This document shows, one piece after another, positions 30,780 to 40,374 of a stretch of DNA of 64,000 nucleotides. Position 1 is the stretch's first letter. Each line of letters starts with the position of its first letter. The position numbers and the translations under genes were made by a program. The notes beneath the pieces were generated by a model. The model searched no databases. It was not told the origin of the DNA and saw only the letters and a list, made by a program, of their open reading frames with translations. The stretch is taken from contig CAZOOS010000001.1 of assembly GCA_964581475.1 (NCBI GenBank), forward strand, positions 3,991 to 67,990, in the 5' to 3' direction. The DNA comes from an uncultured Hyphomicrobium sp. GTDB taxonomy: Bacteria > Pseudomonadota > Alphaproteobacteria > Rhizobiales > Hyphomicrobiaceae.

Positions 30780-32822
30780 CTAGGCGCGGCGCCGGAGCGG
30801 GGCCGTCACCGGCGACCAGTGGCTGAGATAGTCGGCGACTGCGTCCCCGTAGCGGACGGTCGAGGTATCGACTTTGTTAAGCACAATACCAAGGATCTTG
30901 GCGCGTGCATTACGCAGCAGATGGACCGCCTCCAACAGGACCGGAACGGGAGTTTTGCCCCACTCGGCGACGAGCATGGTGCAATCGAGTAACGAACTCA
31001 TGGCGAGGCTGTCGACGCTTGCCACGAGGGGCGGCAGCTCGATGATGACGAGCTCGTAGTTCTTCTGCAGCTGCTTGAGCAGCGACTGCGCCTTCGGCGA
31101 CCCGAGCAGCACATCGGAATGCGCCGTCGCACCGTTTGCGGTCGGGAGAAAGTGAAGGCCGGCGTCGTTGGCGCTGAAGATGCATTGCTCGAGTTCGGCG
31201 GTTCCCTCGATCGCGTCGACAAGTCCGTACGTCGCCTGCGGTGCCAGGATCTGGCTGAGGCGACCGGTGCGCAAATCGCCGTCGACGAGCAGCACGCGCG
31301 TCCCCGTGGCGGCGTAGAGAGCGGCAAGGTTCGCGCTCAGCGTGGACTTGCCTTCGTTGGGAACCGCGGACGTCACCGCAAGGCAGCGGATCGGTCGCGA
31401 ACGACTGGCGAGAGCGATGGCGGTCTTCCAGGTCTTGATGCCGTGGCTGAAGCCTGAGAACGGCAACGCGACGGCGGCATTCAGCTTGTCGGCCTCGGTT
31501 GGCGTCGGGCGGGTTTCACCCTCGTCGTCGTGCTGAATGGCGCGTTGTGCCAGACGTCCCTGAAGCATCAAGCCCGCCCGCGTGTTGATCGCCAACAGCA
31601 ACCTGGCAAGGCGGGCGAGAGCGAGTGGGCGCTGATCCAGTGTCGACTTGAAGAATTGTGCGGCTTGCGATTTCCGTAGCCGCGACGTCAGGCCAGAATT
31701 TGAAGTGGTGACCGCGAGAAGCGGGATGCTGGCAAGACACTCGACGCCGATCTCATCTCGGATCTGGCGTGCGCTGGACACGCTCCGGTCGATGTTCTGG
31801 CGGAAGAGTGCAATTCCAAAGCCCAAGGCGCAGCCGGCAAATCCTCCGAGGACGATGATAAGCTTTGTCTTGGGATGGCTTTGGCTGATCAAAGGCGATG
31901 CCGCGCTGATGACGCGCGCGTTGGTGACGGGATAAGACTGCTTCTGCACCGATTCAGTGTAGGCCAATAGGTAGCTTTCATAGATCCGGCGGTAGGTCTG
32001 CGCGGTCGAGTCGAGCTCCTCGATCGTATTGTTCCGATGCGCGGCGGTTGCATTCGGCGACGCCTCTGCCGGCGTCGCCTGAATGGGGCGCGCGGGATCG
32101 CGAGTCGGCGTGATGCGATAATCGCGCTTGGCGCGAAACTCCTGGGCATTGAGCGCGGCATCGTTCATATGCGTGCGCAGCTCGTCGATGCGCTGCTCCA
32201 ACCAGGCATTGCTGCGGCCGGCCGCCTGCGCGCGGGCGGAGAACTGCTCCTGAATGTAGGCCTCGGCCGTCGCGTTGGCGATCTTTGCAGCGAGCTCCGG
32301 GCTCTGCGATCTGTAGAGTATTTCGATGGCGTAGGAGACGCCGATGCGGCGCACGTAGAGATTCGACTGATACCGGCCGAGGGCCGTGCGTTGAATCGCG
32401 TCGGGGGTTGCCGGTGGGGCGCCTGCAAGCCACCGCAACATGCTACCGGACTCCCTGAACTCGGGCACATCCTGGAGCTTCAATTGGTTGATCACCGCTA
32501 TGGCGATCTTTTCCGATCTCAGCACCTCCAACTGGCTCTCGATCTGGGAGTTGTCGATTGTGAATGTTGTGTCGGAATTGGTGTCGCGTAGGACCTGCGG
32601 GAGGCTCGGATCGATGATGATCTGTGTGCGCGCCGTGTACAACGGCTCTGCCGAGTAGCTGTACGCGGCCGCCGCAAGAATACCGATCAGAAAGCATGTC
32701 AGAATCGTTCTCGCGTAGCGCTGGATGAAGCGCTTGATATCCTGGGGGGTGATGAGCCCATCTTCACCCGCGCTCGTCTTGGGATCGAGCGGGTAACTGA
32801 CGGATGGATCTTGAGTTTGCAT
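30780..32822 (-). CDS. Polysaccharide co-polymerase/BY-kinase (Wzc/ExoP-like)
   Basis: Two TM segments flanking a periplasmic domain; SAVPNEGKST Walker A, LLVDGDLR, VIIELPP, GIVLNK. Confidence 0.9.
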   Translation of the reverse strand: MQTQDPSVSYPLDPKTSAGEDGLITPQDIKRFIQRYARTILTCFLIGILAAAAYSYSAEPLYTARTQIIIDPSLPQVLRDTNSDTTFTIDNSQIESQLEVLRSEKIAIAVINQLKLQDVPEFRESGSMLRWLAGAPPATPDAIQRTALGRYQSNLYVRRIGVSYAIEILYRSQSPELAAKIANATAEAYIQEQFSARAQAAGRSNAWLEQRIDELRTHMNDAALNAQEFRAKRDYRITPTRDPARPIQATPAEASPNATAAHRNNTIEELDSTAQTYRRIYESYLLAYTESVQKQSYPVTNARVISAASPLISQSHPKTKLIIVLGGFAGCALGFGIALFRQNIDRSVSSARQIRDEIGVECLASIPLLAVTTSNSGLTSRLRKSQAAQFFKSTLDQRPLALARLARLLLAINTRAGLMLQGRLAQRAIQHDDEGETRPTPTEADKLNAAVALPFSGFSHGIKTWKTAIALASRSRPIRCLAVTSAVPNEGKSTLSANLAALYAATGTRVLLVDGDLRTGRLSQILAPQATYGLVDAIEGTAELEQCIFSANDAGLHFLPTANGATAHSDVLLGSPKAQSLLKQLQKNYELVIIELPPLVASVDSLAMSSLLDCTMLVAEWGKTPVPVLLEAVHLLRNARAKILGIVLNKVDTSTVRYGDAVADYLSHWSPVTAPLRRRA

Positions 32823-33826
32823 CACGACGCCCTCGGAATGGGCCAGCAATGCTGCTCGCCAATACGCTTCAGCAGCCGCGCATTCCACCTCCATCGGCTG
32901 CTATCGCGGGTGACGACCGCCGGTCGTGGCGAGACGCGCCGCGCAACTCCAAGGGCAGAAATGATCTTCGCGCGCCCCACTAGGAAATCGGCCCCACCTA
33001 CCAAATCGGCGTATGAGCTAAGCACCGAAGCGACGTCGTCGTCCGCTGTCCGGCGCGGACCCAACAGGATATCGATGAGTGTCCCCGCCAGGAATGGAGA
33101 AAGGTACGCCGTACGTCCCTGGACAAGGTGACCCATGACGGCAGCGAGGGAGAGGATCTCGTGAGCCGAATCATACTCGTCATACACGTAGGCCCCGTTG
33201 AGACGAGTGCTGACCGTAGCGACGACGACGTCGGCTAGCGATAACGGCCACTCGATGAGTGGGGCAGCGTGCGGGCTCTTGTGCGGGACCCCGTCAGATG
33301 CGTCCCTGAGCATACGGTCGGCGTATGCGAGCGCCGTCAGCTCGGGGACTAGCCAGCCAGGGAGGCCTGCTTCATCGGCTGGCGCCCGGCCGGTTCGGAA
33401 CTCCCCGGAATCGATGTTGCCGCTAGGATATTCTGATACGCCTGCTGGTTCAGAGAACTGGTTTGCCGAAACGCTGGTCACCAGGCCGCTGGCAATGAGA
33501 TGTTCGATGACTCTCGAGGCTGAGGGGGCTTGTGTGCCGCCGAAGCTTCGCGCGATCTTTCGCGCAGTCGTTCCAGCGCGCGTGACGAGTGTTCTGGTCA
33601 AGTAGCTGACGGGGCCGCGCTGCGCGTCGCCCGCGTCATCCGCACGCGCTGGTGATCGCCGGCAGAGCGATGGCAAAAGATAGGCGAGTTCGTCATCGCC
33701 CACATTGCCCCAATCAGCCTTGTACCACGAGGTTGCGAGAGACTGATCGACCAGCTCCTCTCCCCATGCGCTCAAGGCCGGCTTGCGGCCCGAAAATCTA
33801 ACCAGTGCATTGGAGTACCAGAGCAT
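32822..33826 (-). CDS. Hypothetical protein translationally coupled to wzc
   Basis: 334-aa ORF filling the gap; its TGA overlaps the wzc ATG (TGATG). No known motif. Confidence 0.55.
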   Translation of the reverse strand: MLWYSNALVRFSGRKPALSAWGEELVDQSLATSWYKADWGNVGDDELAYLLPSLCRRSPARADDAGDAQRGPVSYLTRTLVTRAGTTARKIARSFGGTQAPSASRVIEHLIASGLVTSVSANQFSEPAGVSEYPSGNIDSGEFRTGRAPADEAGLPGWLVPELTALAYADRMLRDASDGVPHKSPHAAPLIEWPLSLADVVVATVSTRLNGAYVYDEYDSAHEILSLAAVMGHLVQGRTAYLSPFLAGTLIDILLGPRRTADDDVASVLSSYADLVGGADFLVGRAKIISALGVARRVSPRPAVVTRDSSRWRWNARLLKRIGEQHCWPIPRAS

Positions 33827-34039
33827 TTGTCAATTTGTCCCCGCGAACTAAATAGGAACAACGATCCCTCCGTCAGAAGGGCCTTGGTACCACGCGCGGT
33901 GCGGCTGGGGGATTGAGTCAAACGAGGTAGGCCCTACCTCTGCGGACGACACAACGCGGCGGGTGCTGTCAGAGCGCCGGGCGCGCAAAGTCAACGTGCT
34001 GCCGATGCACCGAGCCGATATGCGAAACCGCACCGGTTC

Positions 34040-35467
34040 CTAGCGGGTCTCGTCGCTGGCGCGATGATAGATGTCGTCGGTGCGAATGATGTCGTCTTCA
34101 CCGAGGTAGCTTCCCAGTTGCACCTCGATCATTTCGAGCGCCACTTTGCCGGGGTTCTCCAGGCGGTGCCACTGCGTCGCGGTGATGTAGACGCTCTCGT
34201 TCTCCTGGATGAGCTTCTCGCATTGGCCGATGGTCACTTTGGCGGTGCCGCAGACCACGACCCAATGCTCGGAACGGTGATGGTGCATTTGCATTGACAG
34301 GCGGCCGCCCGGATTGACGTGCAGCAACTTTACTTGGAAGCGTGGGCCCATGCTTAATGTTTCGAAGTATCCCCAAGGACGGTAGTTGCGAAGATGTTGG
34401 GTCTGCTCCTTACGCTTGAGCTCTGTTAGGCGAGCGACCAACGTAGAGACATCTTGTGCGCGCGCCTTGTCGGCAACCAGCAGAGCGTCGGGGGTGTCAA
34501 CGATAATAAGGTTATCGACCCCGATCGCAGCAACGAGCGAGCGGTCGCTGTGGATCATTGAGCGGGACGTGTCGAGGAGGACCGCATCTCCCTCGACGGC
34601 ATTGCCTGCGGCGTCCTGCGGGGAGTTCTCCCACAATGCAGCCCACGAGCTGACGTCACCCCAGCCGAAGTCGATGGGCAGCACGACCGCTGCCTTCGTC
34701 TTCTCCAGGACCGCGTTGTCGATCGATACGTGCGGCGATCTAGAGAATGCCGATTTGCCGAGGCGCAGGAAACCCAGATCCTCAGTCGCGTCGGCTACGG
34801 CGGCGCGCACGGCATCGAGAACCGCAGGAGTGTAGCTCTCCAGTTCCTCGATCAGCCTGCGTGCCTTGATGAGGACAATACCGCTATTCCAAAGGAAGGA
34901 TGGGTCGGCGGCCAGCCGTTCGGCGGCTTCCTGTTCGGGCTTTTCAAAAAACGTATCGGCAACATAGGCCCCGGCCCCGATCGCCTCGCCGCGGTGGATG
35001 TAGCCATAGCCCGTATGCGGACCACTGGGAGAGATGCCGAGGAGCACCAGCTTTCCGGTCTCCGCGATGCTGGCCGCCTGCCTCATGTACTCGAGGAACG
35101 CGGAGGCGTCCTTGATCAAGTGGTCGGTTGGAAGGAGCGCGAGAATGACATCGGCATTGTCCTTAGCGGCAACAAGCGCCGCTGCCGCAACGGCCGCCGC
35201 CGTATTGCGCGCCACGGGCTCCAGAATAATGGCTTGAGCTTCGACGTCGGCGCGCGCCAGCTCCTCGCGGACGAGAAACCGATGGTCAGCATTGCAGACG
35301 ACGATCGGCGCGGAGAAGCCCGCTTTGCCACTCAGCCGACGCAGCGTCGCTCCGAGCAAATTGCCCTGCCCATCGAAAAAGCGGATGAACTGCTTCGGAT
35401 ACATGGTGCGCGACAACGGCCATAGCCGTGCACCCGAGCCACCGGACAGAATGACGGGAACGATCAT
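34040..35467 (-). CDS. manC: Mannose-1-phosphate guanylyltransferase/mannose-6-phosphate isomerase
   Basis: PVILSGGSGARLWPLSR..PKQF, LEPVARNTA, FFEKP, RPWG, QMHHHRSEHWVVV. Confidence 0.95.
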   Translation of the reverse strand: MIVPVILSGGSGARLWPLSRTMYPKQFIRFFDGQGNLLGATLRRLSGKAGFSAPIVVCNADHRFLVREELARADVEAQAIILEPVARNTAAAVAAAALVAAKDNADVILALLPTDHLIKDASAFLEYMRQAASIAETGKLVLLGISPSGPHTGYGYIHRGEAIGAGAYVADTFFEKPEQEAAERLAADPSFLWNSGIVLIKARRLIEELESYTPAVLDAVRAAVADATEDLGFLRLGKSAFSRSPHVSIDNAVLEKTKAAVVLPIDFGWGDVSSWAALWENSPQDAAGNAVEGDAVLLDTSRSMIHSDRSLVAAIGVDNLIIVDTPDALLVADKARAQDVSTLVARLTELKRKEQTQHLRNYRPWGYFETLSMGPRFQVKLLHVNPGGRLSMQMHHHRSEHWVVVCGTAKVTIGQCEKLIQENESVYITATQWHRLENPGKVALEMIEVQLGSYLGEDDIIRTDDIYHRASDETR

Positions 35468-35670
35468 GCGACAAACTCGGCTGACTGCTTCCACCGGGCA
35501 GAGCGCGCAGGGAAGCGCCTGCCGCACGGACTTCTGCAACGTCGGCCACAGTCGGGTGGACGGAGGGCGGAGCGCAAGAATGCACATAGGTGTAATCCAT
35601 TCGGACTACGCCCGGCCCGGTAGGTACTGCGAAGCGGCAAGCCGTCCGAGGACGTTGTTCCTGCGCAGGA

Positions 35671-36420
35671 CTAGAACCGATAGTTGATGCCCGCGCGTCC
35701 GACCTGGGTGGTCATGTCGACGGTGTGCTCATTGAGGAAAGCAGGTGCCGTCGGCAGGAACGATGACTCTCCCTTGACGCTTCCGAAGTCGGCGAAAAGG
35801 TACTCGCCTTTCAAGGACAGATGCTCAGTTATCGCGTATTCGACGCCGCCGCCCGCAGTCCAACCGGTCTGCACCAAAGTCTTGCTGAACACAGCAGCAT
35901 CCGGGCCCCCTGCCATCCGCATGTAGATGTCCCAGTCTCCGGCGACTGCACCTGCTGTTACATACAGAAGAGCGGGACCGGCCGTAACGCCCAGCCGGCC
36001 GCGCAAAGTCGCCAGCCACGACAATTCGGCGCGCTGTGAGACGGACGTGACGCCGGTGCCGGGCACACTGCCGCCGGAGCGTGAGCTGCTAAGATCGACA
36101 CCGCTGATGTCGGCTTCGACGCCGACAACCCAGATGCCGTGTTGTTCGTTGAAGCCCACCTGAACACCGGCAGTCCCGCCCTCGGCCGCCAGTGAACTGC
36201 TTGCTCCGCTGCGCAACGACGCGGCTTGATCAGGAAGCGTGTTCCAAGCGCCGGTGGGATTGACGCCAAAGTCGGCATCTGCAGCCGCGTAGCCGAGGTT
36301 GCCGCCAACATAGAACCCGGTCCAAATGGGTGGGTAAGAGGTTTCGGCCACCGTCGGGCCAGAGAGCAACAGCGAACCGACAATGGCGATGCTTCCAGCC
36401 GGGCAGCCGAATCTGATCAT
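35671..36420 (-). CDS. Outer-membrane beta-barrel protein (Omp25/Omp31 family)
   Basis: Signal peptide, WTGFYVGGNLGY, LRGRLG, GWTAGGGVEY, C-terminal GINYRF. Confidence 0.9.
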   Translation of the reverse strand: MIRFGCPAGSIAIVGSLLLSGPTVAETSYPPIWTGFYVGGNLGYAAADADFGVNPTGAWNTLPDQAASLRSGASSSLAAEGGTAGVQVGFNEQHGIWVVGVEADISGVDLSSSRSGGSVPGTGVTSVSQRAELSWLATLRGRLGVTAGPALLYVTAGAVAGDWDIYMRMAGGPDAAVFSKTLVQTGWTAGGGVEYAITEHLSLKGEYLFADFGSVKGESSFLPTAPAFLNEHTVDMTTQVGRAGINYRF

Positions 36421-36730
36421 TGGAACCCCCGAACGCTAGCGCTGTTCTAAGCTTAGGTCGGGGATTCTTCGGACCACGGACTTTCTGTCCGTATGGTCAA
36501 CGTCGCCGGGCGGCGAAGGGTCAGGCAGTATGCAGCACTTGGCCGGCGCCCCGACAGGATGGGTATCGGCCGCTCTGCAGCAAGACCGCCATCATGCAAG
36601 AGGGGTGCAAAACCCTAGGGCTCGCAGCCGAGACAGATGGGACGCTGCCCAGACGTGCTGCGGGATTGGGCCGCGTAACCGCTACCTGAGCCGACTGTCG
36701 CCATCGCCCTGCGTGAGTAGGTTAACAAGG

Positions 36731-36922
36731 TCAGCGGCTTCTTGTTTTTTTAAGGATAATGGCCGCAACGCTCGCCAGCAGGGCGATCACCGCAACGCTA
36801 CTCGAGCCATCAAACTCCGGCACGGGGGGCGGATTGGGCGTGACCTGAAAAAAGCCAGCAGCGGCCTGGTCGATCGCCACAAGGGTCATCAAGAGGGTGG
36901 CCGCACCAATTTTCAGTTTCAT
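36731..36922 (-). CDS. Small VPEID-CTERM-type (VPEFD) exosortase substrate, 63 aa
   Basis: AGGAG RBS; signal peptide ending AAA, then GFFQVTPNPPP-VPEFD-GSSS, TM helix, KKTRSR. Confidence 0.85.
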   Translation of the reverse strand: MKLKIGAATLLMTLVAIDQAAAGFFQVTPNPPPVPEFDGSSSVAVIALLASVAAIILKKTRSR

Positions 36923-37080
36923 GTTTTCTCCTGTCGCGGCGACGCAAATGGTCCCGAACAAGGTTCGCCACCCGGGAGACATGATCGATTTTGAGAAGCC
37001 GCGCTAGACCGTCCAAAGGCGTAGCTTCCCGCCCAAAGGGGGTGGAGGGATTGCCTACGGATCGTTCATGAGAAGTGCGC

Positions 37081-37872
37081 TTACTTCAGAGGCACCGCGC
37101 AGCAGTCTGGACTGTGGAATTTATAAGCCACACCGATCCGCGCCACCCAGAACTGGTCGTCCCACTTCGTGTCGGCGGTCGCGGTCCCGGCCGGCGCGAC
37201 GACCAGATAGGACTGATCATTGCTGCCAAGGTCGACATACAGCGCCTCGGCGCGAATGAACCAGTTGGAGTCGTGCAGGAGTTCCGCGCCTCCGCCGACC
37301 GTCCAACCGAACTTCAATTCCCTGTTGGACTGCGTGAACGGGCCCAAATTCAGGGGCGAATTTCCGCAGCCGACGCAGTCGTCGCTCAGCGTTTGGTTGA
37401 CGAGCGCATAGGCTAAGCCGGCCGTGCCATAGAGCAGCACGTGGTCATGGACCACAAAGCCGGTTCGGCCACGCAGCGTGCCGAAGAAGTCCATTCTGCT
37501 CCGCAGACTTGTCGTTTCGGGGAGGCCGACGATTGCCCCGGGCGGTTCACGGTCGAATGCCGTGGGCGACGTGTCCAGATAGTTGAAATCGGCCTCGATG
37601 CCGTAGACCATATGGTCACAGCAATGTTGCCAGTTGTAGCCAACATACCCGCCGAAGGTGACTCCCCGATCCTCGTCGGAGAATTTCTGGCCGATCGTCA
37701 GATTGTTGACGTCGACCTTATGGGCCCCGAAGCCGACCGCGGCGCCGATGTACGCGCCTGCAAATGGTGCTTCGCAGCAGGCAGTCGGGGCCGACTGGAC
37801 CATGCCATCCGCCCAGGCTGCCGTTCCAAACAAGCCCATCATTAAAGCGATTAGCGAAAGGTGCCGCGTCAT
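37081..37872 (-). CDS. Outer-membrane beta-barrel protein (Omp31-like), Cys-rich
   Basis: Signal peptide, FAGAYIG, GYNWQ, LRGRTG, GWTVGGGAE, GVAYKF. Confidence 0.88.
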   Translation of the reverse strand: MTRHLSLIALMMGLFGTAAWADGMVQSAPTACCEAPFAGAYIGAAVGFGAHKVDVNNLTIGQKFSDEDRGVTFGGYVGYNWQHCCDHMVYGIEADFNYLDTSPTAFDREPPGAIVGLPETTSLRSRMDFFGTLRGRTGFVVHDHVLLYGTAGLAYALVNQTLSDDCVGCGNSPLNLGPFTQSNRELKFGWTVGGGAELLHDSNWFIRAEALYVDLGSNDQSYLVVAPAGTATADTKWDDQFWVARIGVAYKFHSPDCCAVPLK

Positions 37873-38135
37873 GTGCCCCTCAGGTTGGTGAGATCATTAC
37901 ACACGCAACATGGCTAGCGCACAGGATGCACACAGGATCCAAACAGGAAACTCAGAACACCGATTCGCAAGTTGCCGTCGATGGCTGATCACTGAGGCAG
38001 GGTCTGAATAGACCGGGCGAGATACCTCAAACCCACACATCGAGCGGCTCAACACGCCCGCCGAAATCGAACACCGAGGCGTTTGATCGCGGTCGCCGCT
38101 GACGTCGCGCGCAGGGCTACCGCTTTTGATTCGGT

Positions 38136-39755
38136 TTAGAGCAACGTCCAGTGTTCCGCGGCGACGGCCCAGATGAAGATGACGAGGTTTGAGGCCATGT
38201 GGGCAGCGATCGCCTCCGACAGGCGGTTGGAGCGGTAGACAAGCAGCGCATATACGGCGCCGGCAGCCGCAGCCGCTATCCAGCGTTGATGAATAAGTCC
38301 GAAGAGCAGTGATGTGACGACGAATGAGAACCAAGTGAAGTGCCCTGGTGGCACCCTATCGAACTCGCGTGAAATGAGAATGCGCTGCAGGTAGCCGCGA
38401 AACGCTAGCTCCTCGGTGATCGGCACCAGGATCACGGAACCAAAGCCACGACAGGCGAGCCAAAGCACCACAACCCATGTCGGCAGAGTTGCCAGCCATA
38501 GTGCAAGTGCATCGCCTCGTTCCCCCGGCGGGTCGGTGAGCGCCCAGGCGATGCCGATTCCGGCCCCGACTGCGAGCGCCAGCGGCGAAGCCGTCATCGG
38601 CATCGCGGCATAGACACGGCGGAACACCCAGAGCGCGCCCCCGACCGCCGCAACTTTCAACAAATACAGCCATTGGTCATGCGGAGCGAAGAGTGAGGCA
38701 ACGATGCTCGTCGCCATGAGGGCGATGAACGGAACGAGCAGCGACAGCAGGATTTGATCCTCCGACCGCGCCAAGGAGGTCGATTGTTTCGCGCTAACGC
38801 GGAAGTAGGGGGACCAGGTTGAGAACGCCATGAGGGCGATGGCGATGCCGAGGAACGCGATCCATCCGGCCTGCGAATGGAAGCCGTTGAGCGCAATTTC
38901 GGGAGAAACGTGTGCGCCGATGCTAACCAGTAGAGCGATGCGGACTACGTTCAAGGTCCACGAGGCGGCGATCCCGATCGGGATAAGCAATAGTGCGTGG
39001 GGGAACCGCAATTGGTGGCGCATCAACCAACAATAGAAGCCAAGGAAGGTCGTTACGAGACCGATGCCTTCGTATCCGGAGCATTCCTTCAAAACGCGAA
39101 CGTGAAAATCCCCGGCACCCAGCAGATAATGCCCGACGTCGAGCGCGACATTGTTCTCGTAGAGGCTGAGGATCCAGTGCGCTGAGTGCAGGGTCCAGCC
39201 AGCGAAGCTGTTCCAGCTCTCTAAAGCTAGCCGACCGCTGACGACGAGAACTGCACCGCTAATCGCTGCTATTGCGATTTGGGAAGGCATTTCGCGCAGG
39301 AGCCACCGCCAGAAGCTGGGCGGCGCACTGATTGCGGCAAGCGATGATCCGTTGAGGAGCAGCAACAGGCAATACAAAGCGAACCAGTACCAGGGTGGAG
39401 CAGCGGCGTGTGCCGCTAACTTGGAGAATGCGACTGTTGCGGGAAGAAGAAGGGCAAACAGGCTCAGGTTTATCAACACGCTGGCGCGCCAATTGTATCG
39501 CCGCATCGCCGAAGTCCAGATCCGGGTTACCCGAGCACGCGTCTGCCATGCGCCCAATAAGAGGACTACCGACGCAACGAGAACCGCTTGCGCCGCGACC
39601 TTGGCGTAGGTGACGGGGTTCATCCATTCCGGAATGCCTGTAGGAAAATTGAAGGCATACGAGACGAGCAAGATCTCGCTGAGCGCCAACACGCCAAAAA
39701 CAGCCAGCCGGCCGAGACTAGATCGATCGCTATGCGCCGCAACTGCGTGCTGCAT
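38136..39755 (-). CDS. xrtE: Exosortase E fused to CAAX (Abi) protease, VPEID-CTERM system
   Basis: ECSGYEG (Cys), NVVRI (Arg), FHSQAGW (His); C-terminal EELAFRG, FGLIH, HMASN. Confidence 0.92.
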   Translation of the reverse strand: MQHAVAAHSDRSSLGRLAVFGVLALSEILLVSYAFNFPTGIPEWMNPVTYAKVAAQAVLVASVVLLLGAWQTRARVTRIWTSAMRRYNWRASVLINLSLFALLLPATVAFSKLAAHAAAPPWYWFALYCLLLLLNGSSLAAISAPPSFWRWLLREMPSQIAIAAISGAVLVVSGRLALESWNSFAGWTLHSAHWILSLYENNVALDVGHYLLGAGDFHVRVLKECSGYEGIGLVTTFLGFYCWLMRHQLRFPHALLLIPIGIAASWTLNVVRIALLVSIGAHVSPEIALNGFHSQAGWIAFLGIAIALMAFSTWSPYFRVSAKQSTSLARSEDQILLSLLVPFIALMATSIVASLFAPHDQWLYLLKVAAVGGALWVFRRVYAAMPMTASPLALAVGAGIGIAWALTDPPGERGDALALWLATLPTWVVVLWLACRGFGSVILVPITEELAFRGYLQRILISREFDRVPPGHFTWFSFVVTSLLFGLIHQRWIAAAAAGAVYALLVYRSNRLSEAIAAHMASNLVIFIWAVAAEHWTLL

Positions 39756-40141
39756 TGTTACTAGGTACCCCGATTGTCGCGGTCAGAAATCAGGCGCCCC
39801 GCATAAACATGGCGTGTCGCGGCGCTGAAGATGGGCCTGATGCTATGCCATCGCTTGGCCGCGAAGCGAATACGGCCTTCGCTTGATGCGACATGACGAT
39901 GAGAACAAGAGGGCTAGGTGCGAGGCCCCTCAGCTAACCCAAATTAGGTACACCGCGTCATCCGCGACGCGAGCACGGCGCGCATCGAGCGTTGGGCACC
40001 AAGAACACAAATGATGAGCACTGTATGAGCGCGCGCGCATAAGGGTCAGTCGGCCAAACCACCTCAACGGTCAGCAAACTGAACCTCGTGCGACGGGCCA
40101 TGGCCCTTATTCGGCGAAGACTGACTTCTTACCTTAGGACT

Positions 40142-40260
40142 GGGCGCGAGCCTGACCCCCCAACAGAACGCGCCCGACGCGGGTACTCCCCCGTCCCGCG
40201 TCTAGACCCTCCTGCAGGGCCGGCCCCGGTGTTCCTCCCCCCGAGCGCCGGGGCTTTCTC
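40142..40260 (+). ncRNA. Probable cuckoo/alpha-r14-like sRNA: three GC stems with C-rich loops
   Basis: GGGCGCG/CGCGCCC, GACGCGGG/CCCGCGTC (loop TACTCCCCCGT), GGCCCCGGTGTTC/GAGCGCCGGGGCT (loop CTCCCCCC), then a short T-rich tail. Confidence 0.65.
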
Positions 40261-40316
40261 CTATGGGCGGCCGACCCCCAACGCCCGGTGCCGCAATAAT
40301 ACCTGTCCCGAGTATT

Positions 40317-40342
40317 GGAACTTCACGGGTTGCGGTGGAATT
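40317..40342 (+). promoter_or_regulatory. EcfG/RpoE2-like general stress promoter (GGAAC-N19-TT)
   Basis: GGAAC ttcacgggttgcggtggaa TT, ending 32 nt before a GGAGG-led ATG. Confidence 0.45.
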
Positions 40343-40374
40343 TCTGTGCCGATGCCACTTTCGGAGGTCTCGCT

